From an uncultured bacterium (GTDB lineage Bacteria; Chloroflexota; UBA5177; JANWHV01): DNA of 64,000 nucleotides. Location of the stretch: positions 12,302 to 76,301 of the forward strand of contig CAVSOU010000005.1 in assembly GCA_963729625.1 (NCBI GenBank), read 5' to 3'. Each line of letters begins with the position of its first letter. The first letter of the stretch is position 1. The notes under the pieces were generated by a model. It saw only the letters and a list, made by a program, of their open reading frames with translations, was not told where the DNA came from and searched no databases. The position numbers were made by a program, and so were the translations under genes. Positions 41,949-53,116 of the stretch are shown here, in pieces.

Positions 41949-42749
41949 TCAGGCAGCCTTGCGAGCAACCAATAGCACAACGTGCTTGCCAGCCAGCGGC
42001 GCCTCCGGAGATGACAGCCGCGTTATCGTCTGTATGACAAGGAACCCGGCTCTTTTTAGGCAGTCCTGAGCACTAGCTATTGTATAGCTCCGTCTCATCG
42101 GCTGGCGAATGGGCTTGTGGATCTTCTTCCAAGCCCATCTTGCGAACGCAACGGGCCTGAATTTTGGGAAGAAATACTCTCGTAGCTTTAGTTGCAAACG
42201 GTCGGCTAGCCCCATGTCAGTGTGTATAAGCGCCACGTAAGCACCGCCCTTCTTTAGGACACGAAAGATCTCACGTGTCGCCAGATCAGGATCGGAAAAG
42301 TGCTCCATGACACCAACGGACGTGACGGCAGCAAAATATCCATCAGCGAAGGGCAGAAATTCCGCTTGGGCAGCGGCACACTGAGCGCCCGACAATTGGC
42401 GAGCCCGCTGAAGGGCTTGAATCGAGGGGTCAACACCGAACCGCTCATCGCTACTCATGGCGGCCAACAACAACCCCTCGCCGCAGCCAACTTCCAGCAG
42501 GCGGCCGGGAGCGAGTGCACCTACTAGGGCTGAAAAATATTTCCGGAAGCCTTCCTCCCGGCCCTGATCTTCCCAGACATTTGAATGTTCCGTGTAGATG
42601 GCGTCATAAACTGCACCAACTGCAGACTTCGCGCCCGTCCCCTTTGGGGTCAAGAAGTAGGGAACCTCCCCAAACACTTCGTACTCGACGTTGCACGATC
42701 GACATGCAAATGAATCCAACGTTCCCTTACACCGCGGGCAGACATACAT
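41949..42749 (-). CDS. class I SAM-dependent methyltransferase with an N-terminal Cys4 zinc-ribbon
   Basis: MYVCPRCKGTL..FACRSCNVEY, then LLEVGCGEGLLL (motif I), FAAVTSVGVMEHF, VLKKGGAYVAL. 266-aa intact ORF. Confidence 0.8.
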   Translation of the reverse strand: MYVCPRCKGTLDSFACRSCNVEYEVFGEVPYFLTPKGTGAKSAVGAVYDAIYTEHSNVWEDQGREEGFRKYFSALVGALAPGRLLEVGCGEGLLLAAMSSDERFGVDPSIQALQRARQLSGAQCAAAQAEFLPFADGYFAAVTSVGVMEHFSDPDLATREIFRVLKKGGAYVALIHTDMGLADRLQLKLREYFFPKFRPVAFARWAWKKIHKPIRQPMRRSYTIASAQDCLKRAGFLVIQTITRLSSPEAPLAGKHVVLLVARKAA

Positions 42750-43401
42750 AGCTCACCTATTCAACATGCCAATTGGTACTCAGAGATAACAGCTCCCGCC
42801 CCAAGGGACGGACTGATTGACACAATCGTCGCGTTCCGCGACGAGCACCCGTTCTAGAGTGGCAACCTACAAGGCTAAGAATACACCGGACGATCAAGAA
42901 CTTGCGAGAATCCCTGCTCAGTTAGGATCCGTCCGGTAAGGCGGAACTCCTTTCTCCCCCAGCCACGGGCTGGATTGCCCCGCGATGGACGAGGTACATA
43001 TGGCATGTGCAATAGCAATCCTCGCAGCGATGCCTAGCGAATCGCAACGACCCCCAACACCGGCCAAGTATTGCCTTCCAGGAGCGAGCTCAGTTGTGCA
43101 CGCTAAACGAACATGGCGTTAAGCAACCATAATATCCACGCTTATCTCATGCGCTTTCGTGAAGTTGATTGAGCAACTCGGCGTGTTATGAATAATTTAG
43201 ACAAGATCTCTGATCACAGACGGACGTCTTGCGCCGCGGCTCCGGCAGCCCGAGAGCAGGCCCCCGTCGAATGCAACCATGAACTTGCTGTACTGGGCGG
43301 CAGGATTCTATGCCGATAACCGGACCACCAACGCTGCCGCCCGCGGACGTGGAAATTGATACGAGCCACGACGCCCGCAATATCAACTGCCCCGCAAGAC
43401 G

Positions 43402-44877
43402 TTAAGCCAGACCTAGCACTCTTGCCGCAATCCCGATAAGCATAAGCAGACGGGCTCGGCAGAACAGCCACAAACCAGCAATGTAGACGACCCCGCCAAG
43501 CAATACTTCTAAAGGTGCCAGCACCAGCAGCGGCAGGCGACCCTCACACGCAGACGCAAATCCATTGATTAGAAGCCACATCGCGGCAGCGACTAACGCA
43601 GGCACCGCCGGGGGACCTAGGATATCCAGCCAGCCAATTTGTAATTTTCTTGCTATACGCCAGGTGGACGCGAGGTACACCAGCGGGAAACCAACTGCCC
43701 AAGCGCCCGCCATAGCGACAACGCTTATCTGTGATGCGATATAGAGCAGTGGACCTACAACTAGCGCCCACACGAGCACATTTCCGAAGGACAAGCCGGT
43801 GTAGCCGCTACCCACGAGGACCGCATCGCTGATCGAGTAGCTGACACGCAACGGCATAATTAGGCAAAAGAGCGAGAATGGTATTGCCGCATTCGCCCAG
43901 CGCTGACCTAGAAGCAGCGGGAGGATAGTCGGACCTATCGCCGCGAGCCCCCAGAACACCGGGAAGGTAACGCACGCAGCAAGCGCCAGCATCTGCTTGA
44001 ATCCGCTGAGCCATGCGCCACGGTCTGCGACCTTTGCAGAAAACGTAGGCATTGAAACCTGATTCACTATCTCAGCAATTCGATCCAAGAGCGTATGCGA
44101 GAGTGTCTTCGCAGTCGAGTAAACGCCAAGCGGCGCGGCTCCCAGGGTCCGTCCAATCAGAAATGTGTCGAACTCCTGTATCGCAAACCACGTTATCTTT
44201 TGTGGAATCAAGTGGCGGGATGTCGCCATGTAGGGTCGTAGCAGAGAGTACGAAGTACACATCGCCATCGGCGGCCTAGCGTACCAGTGCAACAGCGCAG
44301 CGCGACCAACAAGACCAAGCAAGGTCGACACGACCAGCGCCCAGTAGCCGAAGCCCTGCCACGCCATGACCACCGTAACCAGCCCCTGAGTAATACCAAT
44401 AGATGCTTGAGTGATCGCGAGCTCCCGGAAGCGCAGCCCCATAAGAAGCATTGCGTTCGGCACGATGCACAAGGCCGTTAATGGCAGCTGCAAAGATGAT
44501 GCCCGCAGCACCTCGGTCAGTCTCGGCTGGTGAAAGAAGTGAGCCATAGTCGGCGCGATAAAACATAGCCCCACTGCAGTAACCGAAGATGCGATCAGCA
44601 GAAAGGTTGCTACCGTTGCCAACACTTCCCGTGAGTCCGGCCTTTTGTGCACGAGCGCCGCGGTCATACCGCCTTCGAGAATTAGCGTAGTAAGCACTGT
44701 CACCAATCCCGAAAGCGCGACAAGGCCATAGTCGGCAGGCAGGAGAAATCTCACCGACAGGATTGTTAGCAGCCACGTGGAAGCTTGGAGAACAATCCGA
44801 GATAGCCCAATCCAGCGCAAGCCCAGCACGGCTTGGTGCAGGTGGCCCGACTTGGGTGAAGTTTCCTTTGATGTCAA
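43402..44877 (-). CDS. Wzx-like polysaccharide flippase (MOP/PST superfamily)
   Basis: 491-aa intact ORF with about 12-14 hydrophobic helices. N-terminal ...RIVLQASTWLLTILSVRFLLPADYGLVAL pattern typical of polysaccharide biosynthesis/export (PST) proteins. Confidence 0.75.
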   Translation of the reverse strand: MTSKETSPKSGHLHQAVLGLRWIGLSRIVLQASTWLLTILSVRFLLPADYGLVALSGLVTVLTTLILEGGMTAALVHKRPDSREVLATVATFLLIASSVTAVGLCFIAPTMAHFFHQPRLTEVLRASSLQLPLTALCIVPNAMLLMGLRFRELAITQASIGITQGLVTVVMAWQGFGYWALVVSTLLGLVGRAALLHWYARPPMAMCTSYSLLRPYMATSRHLIPQKITWFAIQEFDTFLIGRTLGAAPLGVYSTAKTLSHTLLDRIAEIVNQVSMPTFSAKVADRGAWLSGFKQMLALAACVTFPVFWGLAAIGPTILPLLLGQRWANAAIPFSLFCLIMPLRVSYSISDAVLVGSGYTGLSFGNVLVWALVVGPLLYIASQISVVAMAGAWAVGFPLVYLASTWRIARKLQIGWLDILGPPAVPALVAAAMWLLINGFASACEGRLPLLVLAPLEVLLGGVVYIAGLWLFCRARLLMLIGIAARVLGLA

Positions 44878-44988
44878 TTCAACTGATTCCTAGTGGTCGC
44901 CCGCGCCGGGCACCGCAACGATTACGCCCTTCCAGCGGTTCTTGTGTCTTTACTGAGCCATCTTTCGATAACGTTCCTGAAGCGACTC

Positions 44989-45991
44989 TCAAGACATCAG
45001 GCGCGGAAATAGGCCAAGGCGTTTGGCATCAAAGATAGCGATGCCTGCCCGCGGCCACTGCGTAAGTTCATGCAGAACTCGATATACGGCCTTACCGATC
45101 ATATTGTGGAACCGATATAGCAAACTTTTCAGCGCACCCAACCGGTACAGTATGATGCAGTACGGCAACTGATTGGGGCGCAGTCCTGTGGCCAGCAATA
45201 TCGCATAGAACCAAATAGCAATGCCCGCGACTACCAGAGACTCTGCTACCTGGGGGCATTCGTGAACCGGAGGCGGCCCGGCATGGCGACGAATATTAAC
45301 GCTACTAGGCAGGCAAACAGCATCGCAGCACGTGACCAAATACATCCCCGAGCCCGTCCCAGATAGCAGGCGCCACTCCAACAAAGAATAGATCATGTGG
45401 CATGAGAGCGAGCGACTTCAGGATTGGTGAGGTTGAGCAGGCAACCGCCGCCAGCAGAGGTAATAGCCAACTCACAAGAACTGCTCGGCATTTCGCATCC
45501 GCTCAACAAGGATTGTGACAAACACGGGCAGGCAGAACTTCATTTCCATGGCTAGTGTCCAAAATACGCTGTCGACGTTGCCACACCGAGGTACGCCCGC
45601 ACCAGTGTCTAGTTTGCCAATAACGTGCTTGCGTACGGCAAAGCATTACCCTGAAAAGACGGGATTGTCGTTGCAAACGCGCACGTCACGCCTATCCCAT
45701 GCATTGGGTATTGCCGAAGGAATCTATATGATACGAACGCGCGTCCCGCACGCTCTTCAGCGCTCCACAAAATGACAAATCCGCTAACAGGGAAGACCAG
45801 GCGCATGCTCAAGTGGTCGTATCAGGGCGCCTCCTGTAGGTCCCTGTACGCCCAAACTTGTGGGCGGCGTCCGGCCGTCGCTGAGCGGCAGGTAAGCGGT
45901 ACAGGACAACGCGGGTGGCTGCTACAAACCTCAGTAGATCCAATACGGGAACTCGCTCATGTTTGTCGCGGGCAACGCTCCCCACCCGCAC
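44989..45991 (-). pseudogene. acyltransferase family 3 (membrane O-acyltransferase), heavily frameshifted with stops
   Basis: ERVPVLDLLRFVAATRVVLYRL (compare R...LD.LR..AA..VV..H), GFVILWSAEERAGRAFVSYRFLRQYPMHGIG (compare FF.LSGF....R......F...R..RI.P) and hydrophobic C-terminal pieces, each in a different frame. Confidence 0.55.
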
Positions 45992-46084
45992 CCCCAGTTC
46001 CGCCGGAACTTTTTTAAGTCACACCATGGCGCATGGCAACAGCAGGCCATGCCACAGAACCTCCGGCACCGTGCTATCTAGCGT

Positions 46085-47388
46085 TTATTGCTTGGGGGTG
46101 GTGGAGCCATCGTAGCGAAGCTTCGCCCAAATTCGGGTCTCGCTCATGCTCGTAGCCGATATCGGCGTCGCGTAGCTGTAGTGTGCCGCCGAAATATCTG
46201 CAAAGAGATGCCTTCCAAGTCGCCAGGAAACGCCTGCCTCGAGGTCCCTTTCCTTACTATCATTCAATGACAGGTCGTAGTCAGCGCGTGTATAGGAATA
46301 AGAAGCCCGGGCACGGAGGAGTTCCGTAAATGATCGTTCGAGCCTTATCGAGCCTATGTATCGCTTGCGATCATTGGTCGTGCTGACCTTGTAGGTCTCG
46401 TCGTACCACCCAGCGCCAATCGCCAGCAGGGTGCGCCGTCCAGTTATTGTCCAGTCAAGCCGGGCGTATTGGCTGAGAAATGCGTCGGTGGTTTGCGTTA
46501 GGCTTTGAATATCATGCGCCGCCACCGGCAGCGGTTCGCCACCGCTCCAACCCATGGCAACTTCGCTGGATCGGCACAATTGTGTCCCGCTCGCAGACTA
46601 ATCGTAGAGAGGTCACCGATCTTGCGGCTGATCTCGAGCCTCAGGAGGGGGCTAGACTCGGCGACGGCGGAGCCCGTAATTCGATTCACGCCGATATCGA
46701 GACTGCCCTTCGTGTGAGCGCCGTCGAGCGCGTACTCCAGATGTGCTTCCTGTCGGTCGTAGGCACTGAATAGCGACTCGCTTTGCGGCTCCACTCGCTC
46801 CGTCCTACGCCTAGCGAGACTCTGCTCGTGTTCGACAGGTTTCGCTCCAGAGCCAGTTCTCCACTGTAGCGCTGGCTGTCCAGCGGACTCCACCTGATAG
46901 TCGACACGACCATACCGTGCATTCGCCAGAATGCGCATTTGGCTATCGAGTTCAAATCGAAAATCAGGTCCGGTAGACAGGGAATTAATGTTCTCGCGAT
47001 TTAGGGGCGAATCTACGGTAAACAGATCGCGCCGGGTCTGGCCAAAGCTATCGTCCAGAGACCAATGTATCCGGTCCTGCCAGAGTTCCAACTTCAGAGC
47101 CGCGCCAGCGTTGCCAAGCAATTCGGAACCGTAGGTGCTATTCGCGTAGTTCAGATACGCCAGATCACCACGCACGTCGGTTGAGAGTAGACGGGACTGG
47201 TCGATATACAAGAAGCTTGCGCCCAGCTCACTTATCGTGTCGCGTTGCTCGTTCGTTGCCGTTCGCCCAATATTATTCGACGTTCCTACACCTGCATCGC
47301 CAGACAACGAAAAGTCCGCGGCGTTCACCAATGGACTGGCCAACAGTGACAGACCAAGAATGGTTGTTTTAGTTATTTTGATTCGCAC
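46085..47388 (-). pseudogene. outer-membrane beta-barrel protein of the EPS-export operon (EpsL / PEP-CTERM-associated OMP-like), frameshifted
   Basis: Signal peptide MRIKITKTTILGLSLLASPLVNA. Alternating beta-strand pattern with aromatic ends (..LAYLNYANS.., ..ARYGRVDYQ.., ..ASYSYTRADYD.., ..SAAHYSYA.., C-terminal IWAKLRY). Two large ORF fragments plus an internal shift near 46800-46900. Confidence 0.55.
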
Positions 47389-47454
47389 TTACGTCACCAT
47401 TACCCGAGGAGTAATCGCCATATGCCCCATAGCCGTAGGGCCCTTCGGCCAATC

Positions 47455-48305
47455 CTAACGCCCTTGGTTCAGAACCAAGCCAATAGACTTGCCATTACCC
47501 AGGCTCGTGATGGAATCGAGCACAGCCTGACGTGGCGTCCTGCCCGCCCTCACGACCAGCACTACCTGTCCGACCACGGCCGCAAGGGCCCTGGACTCGC
47601 TGGAAGCCAGCAGGGGCGATGAGTCGAACAACGCGATACGCGAGCGGTCGCGCGAGATTATGCGGGTTACAATTTCCGTCATTCGCCCGCTAGACATGAG
47701 CTCCGTGGCATTTTCGTTTGGCCTGCCCGATAACAGTATTGACAGGCCGCGGACGTCCGTTGGCAAAATCAGCGATTCCACGTCGATCGTGGAATCGCCA
47801 GCGCCTCTAAGCAACCCCATTTCCTTATCTACGCCGAAGATTCGGCTGATGTGCGGCTCTGTGATGCTGGCGTCGATCAACAACCGAGGTATCGCGCTCG
47901 CGCGCCATACTGAGTGCCAGGTTAATGCTCGTAAACGTCTTTCCGTCACCCGGCAACGCACTCGCCATCATAATTAGACGAGGATTAGCAGCCAGCGCCG
48001 CACCAGATGGTCTCGCCGAGTATGCAGCAGCAATTAGCGGTCGCTTAATTTGACGGTACTGATCTGCAAATCGCCGGTCTTGCTGTGTTTCCGGCAAGTA
48101 GCCCGCGGCGCGCAGCGCAGCTCTGTCGATGAGTACACGTTGAGCATTTGTGGGTACCGCAGTGCCTGAGGCCCCGACTTCTTCCGATTTATAGGGTGCA
48201 AGTGCTCCAATATTTTCAGGGGGCGCTACGCCCCCCGTGGGTGACGCAGGAGCGATGGCACCGGCACTGCGGCGCAGCTTGTCAATGGTTCGTTACGACA
48301 CTCAT
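47455..48305 (-). pseudogene. BY-kinase-like P-loop ATPase (EpsG-type chain-length-determinant tyrosine kinase), frameshifted
   Basis: ETQQDRRFADQYRQIKRPLI, RLIMMASALPGDGKTFTSINLALSMARE (Walker A), LLIDA, IALFDSSPLL, VVLVVRAGRTPRQAV, GLVLNQ. Fragments in at least 3 frames. Confidence 0.7.
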
Positions 48306-48314
48306 GGGTCACCC

Positions 48315-49931
48315 TTAGCCTGCACTTGATATTGGTAAGGCAATCCGCAGGTTTGCCCAGTTGAGAACAAGCACGGCCAAGAAGATACCCGCGAGGCCCG
48401 CTGCCGCCATGATTAAGCGCGTCAACTCCCCTTTTGCTGCGGCCTCCTGCTCTTGTGGGAAGGCAGGACTCACAACGCCCAATACGGGCAAGTCGGTTAA
48501 TTCGCTCAAGCTTCTAACCGACGACACGACCGGCGCAAGTAGATTCAGCAGGTACGTCAGGCCAGCACCTGCGGCCAGCGCGACAAGCAATACGGCTGAC
48601 AGGAGCACAAGTCGTCGGGGAAAGACCGGAGCGTAGGGCGCAGTCGTCGGTTGGATTACCTCGAAGCGCACTGAGCCGGCATTGTCAGCCTGCTCTCCTA
48701 GCCTAGCCTTCTCATAGTTCCCGAGCAGCGCGGTGTACTGCGCCTTGTTGGTATCGTAGTCGCGGTTTAACTGCGCAAATTCGGCCTCGACCTTCGGAGC
48801 AGTGTCCAGGCGCTGCCTTAATTCTGCTGCCTTGCCGCGGTGCTGCGATAACTCGCCCCGAAGGGACGCTATGTCTACGTCAGCCTGGTTTAGCTGTAAC
48901 TGGATACTTTGGTACACGGGGTTGCTGCTAACGCCGCTTGCTGCGACTGCTCCCACGTCACCACGACGAAGACTTTCAATCTCCGCTTCACGTCGGACCT
49001 TTAGTTCCGCGAGCGTTGCACGCGCCGCCATGACGTCGGGATGCTTGTCCGTATAGCGCAGGAGCAACTCGTCCAGACGGGCCTGGGTTTCCTTAATGCG
49101 GGACAGCGTGTCGCCTCCTCCAGCCGCAGCTCCCCTAATAGCCACGGTGCCTGTTGATGCTGACACTACCGATTCGCCATGCAACTGACGTGCCAACTCC
49201 GCGCGTCTCGAGACCGCAACATTCAGGTCATTCTCGGTCTTCTTCGCCGCATCTATTTCAGTCTGAAGCTGTGAAAAATAGCCGCCCTGCTCGGTTGGCA
49301 TCAAACCAATATTGTTCTTCTTGAAGTCGGCCAGCCGACTCTCCGCGTCCTTTAGGCGCCGCTCATAGAGGCTGATCTCGGTCTCAAGAAATTTCTGAGC
49401 GCTCTGGGAGCCGGCCCGCTTTCCCCCGAGCGTCTGCTCTACGAACGCATTGAGCACAGTATCGGTAACTTTCAGGCTTCGTGCGCGATTCCTGTCTTGG
49501 TAGGTAAAGGTATAGACGCTTCCGCCTGTGTCGCGGTCGCTGTCATGACCGCTGGCGCGACGCACAGCGATATTGAGGCGTTCAGCTAGGGCGCTAAGAA
49601 TTTCCGCCTTCCGGCGCGGGTCCTGTAGTGGTCGGCTTTAGAATGCCGCTTTCGATTGCAAGCTTCTCGAGCTGATCACCCGATAAGAGAGACTGGCGCA
49701 CATAGTTGAGCTGGACACTGACGTCCTGCTCCATGGTCAGCCCCGAAGCACGGGTTTGAGCGCTGTGCGTGTGTCGACAAATATACTCGCGGTCGCCTCA
49801 TACCGGTCCGGCAGGGCAAAGACCACGACCCAACCAACGATTGCCAGCGCAGCCGCGGCCGCCATACCAAGCCAGCGGAAGCGCCAGCAACTCCTGACTT
49901 CATCTATCACTTGACTGAGGATTTGGTGCAT
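48315..49931 (-). pseudogene. polysaccharide chain-length determinant (Wzz/PCP, EpsF-type), frameshifts between approx 49565 and 49740
   Basis: MHQILSQVIDEVRSCWRFRWLGMAAAAALAIVGWVVVFALPDRYEATASIFVDT. Long coiled-coil region (...LADFKKNNIGLMPTEQGGYFSQLQ...AQYTALLGNYEKARL). C-terminal TM segment LVLLSAVLLVALAAGAGLTYLL. Confidence 0.75.
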
Positions 49932-49935
49932 CGGA

Positions 49936-50521
49936 TCAGAACCTTGACTCGGGTATGAGCAGCACGTCGCCTGGCAAGAGTGGGATGTTTTGACTCATGT
50001 CGCCATCGTCCAGAAGCCTACTGATCTTCAGATGAATCTCGGTCTGCTTGCCATTGATGTTGCGTATGACTTTTGCTCGGTTGGCTGCCGCATACTGGGC
50101 AAGACCGCCTGTTGCCAATACGGCGTCGAGGACGGTCATGCCATCCCGGGACGCCAGGGCCTGAGGCCTTAAGAACCTGCCCCATCACTTTCGACTTGAT
50201 TTATGGCGCCAATAGGTTGTGTAACAATGACATTGACCTGTGGTGACTTTACGTACTCGCTCAGGACGCGCTCGATATCGCGCGCTAGGGCCGTTGGGTT
50301 CTTTCCACGGCCACCATGTCTTCAACGAGTGGCGTGGAGATCTTGCCATCCGGGCGGACCGGCACGGTGCTTGTCAGCTCCGGGTTCCTCCATACGAACA
50401 CCTGCAGAATGTCGCCCGGCCCTATGATGTAGTCGGGTGACACGGATGGCGCAGCGGGCTCCGCTGCGGAACCTAGCGTTACCATTCCGAGGCCAAGCAA
50501 ACACAGAATAAGTCGCTTCAT
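49936..50521 (-). pseudogene. short Wza-like polysaccharide export protein (Poly_export + SLBB, EpsE-type), frameshifted
   Basis: Signal peptide MKRLILCLLGLGMVTLGSA, DYIIGPGDILQVFVWRNPELTSTVPVRPDGKISTPLV, GKNPTALARDIERVLSEYVKSPQVNVIV, MTVLDAVLATGGL...RAKVIR.....IHLKISRLLDDGDMSQNIPLLPGDVLLIPESRF. Confidence 0.75.
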
Positions 50522-50528
50522 AGGCTGG

Positions 50529-51252
50529 CTATCTATTTACGGGCTGGCCGTTCAGTGTAACAGAGGGGGCTTTCAGTTCGCCGCCGAGGTGCTCGGCGCA
50601 TATGGGGTTGCCAAGGGGAGTCTGGGCCGGGGTCGGTTTCGTCACCTGCTGTAATACCTGCAGGAGGTCGCCGGGTCGCAACCAAGACAGCAACCAGATG
50701 AGCACGCGACCTGATAGCCGCAGGCTCGACCTGGCCGGTGGTCCTGAGCGTGGGCAGCGACGGCACTGTCGAGCTGCCCTCAGCAAGGGGCCAACCGTAC
50801 GGGATGGAATGGGTGCCGACCTGGGTACTCTGTGACGAGCTTGCTTGGCCGCTATGGGCACCGGCGTTGCCGGTGCGGCTCGCATTTCCACGCGGGGTCG
50901 TCCGTTGCGGCGCGCCCGTACGTGAGAATTTCGCTGCCTTTTTGATCTCTGCGGCGTCGAGCCGTCCCAACAACCCGCCGATTTGAGGAGTGTCGCGATT
51001 TTTCGGTGTGCGAGCGCCGCACACGTGCCTTCGGCCTCTGACACATCGCCCTGCCGCAAAGCACCAAGATCCCCCCAGCGCGGTCGCCCTGAACTGCTTT
51101 TCCGGCAGTTGCCGCCACGATATGGCCGCGTCGCGATAAAGCCCCGGCGCCATCAGGACCGCGGCGATCGGGGCCAGAACCACCGAGTTCGGCGCACGGC
51201 AAGACTCAGAAATTCCAAGGGACGTTTCGACACAGCCTGACTCATAACCCAC
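50529..51252 (-). other. unassigned coding potential at the head of the export operon (two overlapping long frames; likely a frameshifted gene of unknown family)
   Basis: ORFs 50533-51252 and 50529-51059 overlap. The N-terminal hydrophobic stretch VVLAPIAAVLMAPGLY and the C-terminal ...RPGDLLQVLQQV...GELKAPSVTLNGQPVNR look protein-like, but I cannot assign a family. Confidence 0.25.
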
Positions 51253-51774
51253 CCTGTGAATGCTCGCACGCGAGGTTTACGTTCAGGCGCGCGGCGGGAG
51301 CAGGACCCGGCAGTGCGCCGGGGCCCACGTTACGTTCGCAGACTAGCGCCCATTGATATTTTAAGGCGCTAGCCGGAGGAGCTCTGTGCACTGGCGCTCA
51401 GTTGGGCCACTTGCTGGCCTTTCCGGACCCTTGGTCGGGACTTCCGCGTTCACCACCAAAGCACCTTGAACGAGGACGCATCCACAGCCTCGTCGCTCCT
51501 TCCCGTGTCCTGCCGGGCGTACAGGCCCTCGCACAACCGCGCCACTGCTCCGTCGCCGCCCGATACAGCGGCAGTTGTACTGCGCCCCTTCGCATCGAAT
51601 GGCATTCATCAGTCTGGCTAGGGTTGAGCAGGATGCGCTGGACACCACCAGTGCCAATTGCGCGCATCGGGCAGGCATTGAAGGGGAAAGTAATGGATCT
51701 GCGGCACATCGTCGGCCTGATCCATTTTAGGGCTCCCGGGGATCGGGGCCAGATGTCGTCGCCACAGAGAGCCA

Positions 51775-51804
51775 TCTGGCGCGCTGACGTATCAGCGCGC
51801 CAGA
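51775..51804 (-). terminator. perfect 13-bp stem / 4-nt loop hairpin 8 nt downstream of the gltA stop (no U-tract after it on the gltA strand)
   Basis: tctggcgcgctga-cgta-tcagcgcgccaga. A T-run (ATTTTGCG) precedes rather than follows the stem on the minus strand. Confidence 0.35.
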
Positions 51805-51811
51805 CGCAAAA

Positions 51812-53116
51812 TCATCGCTTGTTGACGTCCGTGTAGTCGCGCTTCGCCGAGCCCGTGTAGAGCTGCCGCGGGCGACCGATGCGCATGGCGGGATCGGAGA
51901 TCATCTCCTGCCAGTGCGCGACCCAACCGACGGTACGTGCGATAGCGAACATCACCGTGAACATCGAGCGGGGGATGCCCAGCGCGCTGTAGATCACGCC
52001 GCTGTAGAAGTCCACGTTCGGGTAGAGCTTGCGCTGGATGAAGTACTCATCCTGCAGGGCAATCTCCTCCAGTCGCAGCGCCAGCTCGAAGAGCGGGTTG
52101 TCCGTACGCCCAAGCTTCGCCAGCACCTTGTGACAGGCACCGCGGATGATCTTGGCGCGCGGGTCGAAGTTCTTGTACACGCGGTGACCGAAGCCCATGA
52201 GCCTGAAGTGGCTGGACTTGTCCTTGGCCATCGCCAGGTACTTGGGAATGTTCTCCACGGTGCCGATCTGCTCGAGCATCGCCAGGACCGCCTCGTTCGC
52301 ACCGCCGTGCGCCGGGCCCCAGAGGGCGGCAACGCCTGCCGAGATCGCGGCATAGGGGTTCGCGCCGGTGCTGCCGGCCAGGCGCACGGTGGAGGTGCTC
52401 GCGTTCTGCTCGTGGTCCGCATGCAGGATGAACAGCAGGTCCAGCGCCTGGGCGGCAACCGGATCCACGACATAGTCCTCGCAGGGCACCGAGAAGAACA
52501 TGTTCAGCATGTTCGAGGTGTAGTCGAGGTCATTGCGCGGGTAGACGAACGGCTGGCCCAGCGAATGCTTGTGCGCGGCCGCTGCGATGGTCGGTAGCTT
52601 CGCGATGATGCGGTGGGCGAAGATCTCGCGGTGCCGCGGGTTATTGATGTCCATCGAGTCGTGGTAGAAGGCCGACATCGAGGCCACCACCGCCGACACC
52701 ATCGCCATCGGGTGGGCGTTGTGGTGGAAGCCGTTGGTGAACCGCAGCAGCGATTCGTTGATCATCGTGTGGCGGCGGATGCTGCTCGTGAAGTCCACGA
52801 GCTCTTCCTGCTTGGGCAGCTCGCCATTCAGAAGCAGGTAGGCGACCTCCATGAAGGAGCTCTTCTCGGCCAGCTGCTCGACGGGGTAGCCCCGGTGCAG
52901 CAGGATGCCGGCGTCCCCATCGATGTAGGTGATCTTGCTCTCGGTGGCGGCGGTGACACCGAATCCGGGATCAAAGGTGAATACGCCGTGGTCCTTGTAG
53001 AGGGACGCGATGTCGAGGACATCGGGGCCGATGGAACCGGACAGGACGGGCAGGAGGGATTTCTTGCCGGAGCTCAGGTCGGTGAGCTCGAACTTCTTGT
53101 CTGACATTCGCCGCAA
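51812..53116 (-). CDS. gltA: type II citrate synthase
   Basis: 434-aa intact ORF: ...[33 protein letters not shown]..., [57 protein letters not shown]. Confidence 0.97.
   Translation of the reverse strand: MRRMSDKKFELTDLSSGKKSLLPVLSGSIGPDVLDIASLYKDHGVFTFDPGFGVTAATESKITYIDGDAGILLHRGYPVEQLAEKSSFMEVAYLLLNGELPKQEELVDFTSSIRRHTMINESLLRFTNGFHHNAHPMAMVSAVVASMSAFYHDSMDINNPRHREIFAHRIIAKLPTIAAAAHKHSLGQPFVYPRNDLDYTSNMLNMFFSVPCEDYVVDPVAAQALDLLFILHADHEQNASTSTVRLAGSTGANPYAAISAGVAALWGPAHGGANEAVLAMLEQIGTVENIPKYLAMAKDKSSHFRLMGFGHRVYKNFDPRAKIIRGACHKVLAKLGRTDNPLFELALRLEEIALQDEYFIQRKLYPNVDFYSGVIYSALGIPRSMFTVMFAIARTVGWVAHWQEMISDPAMRIGRPRQLYTGSAKRDYTDVNKR

Noticed and set aside
42750-43401. Possible small gene or gene remnant between the methyltransferase and wzx (ORFs 43186-43386 and 43214-43471)
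   Set aside because: The translations are short, overlapping and motif-free, and part of the region overlaps the wzx 3' end. This is insufficient support.
51641-51670. Sigma-54 promoter for the export operon (TGGCAC on the minus strand)
   Set aside because: The -24 element is present (TTGGCAC), but the -12 position reads GTGT instead of TTGC at the required spacing.
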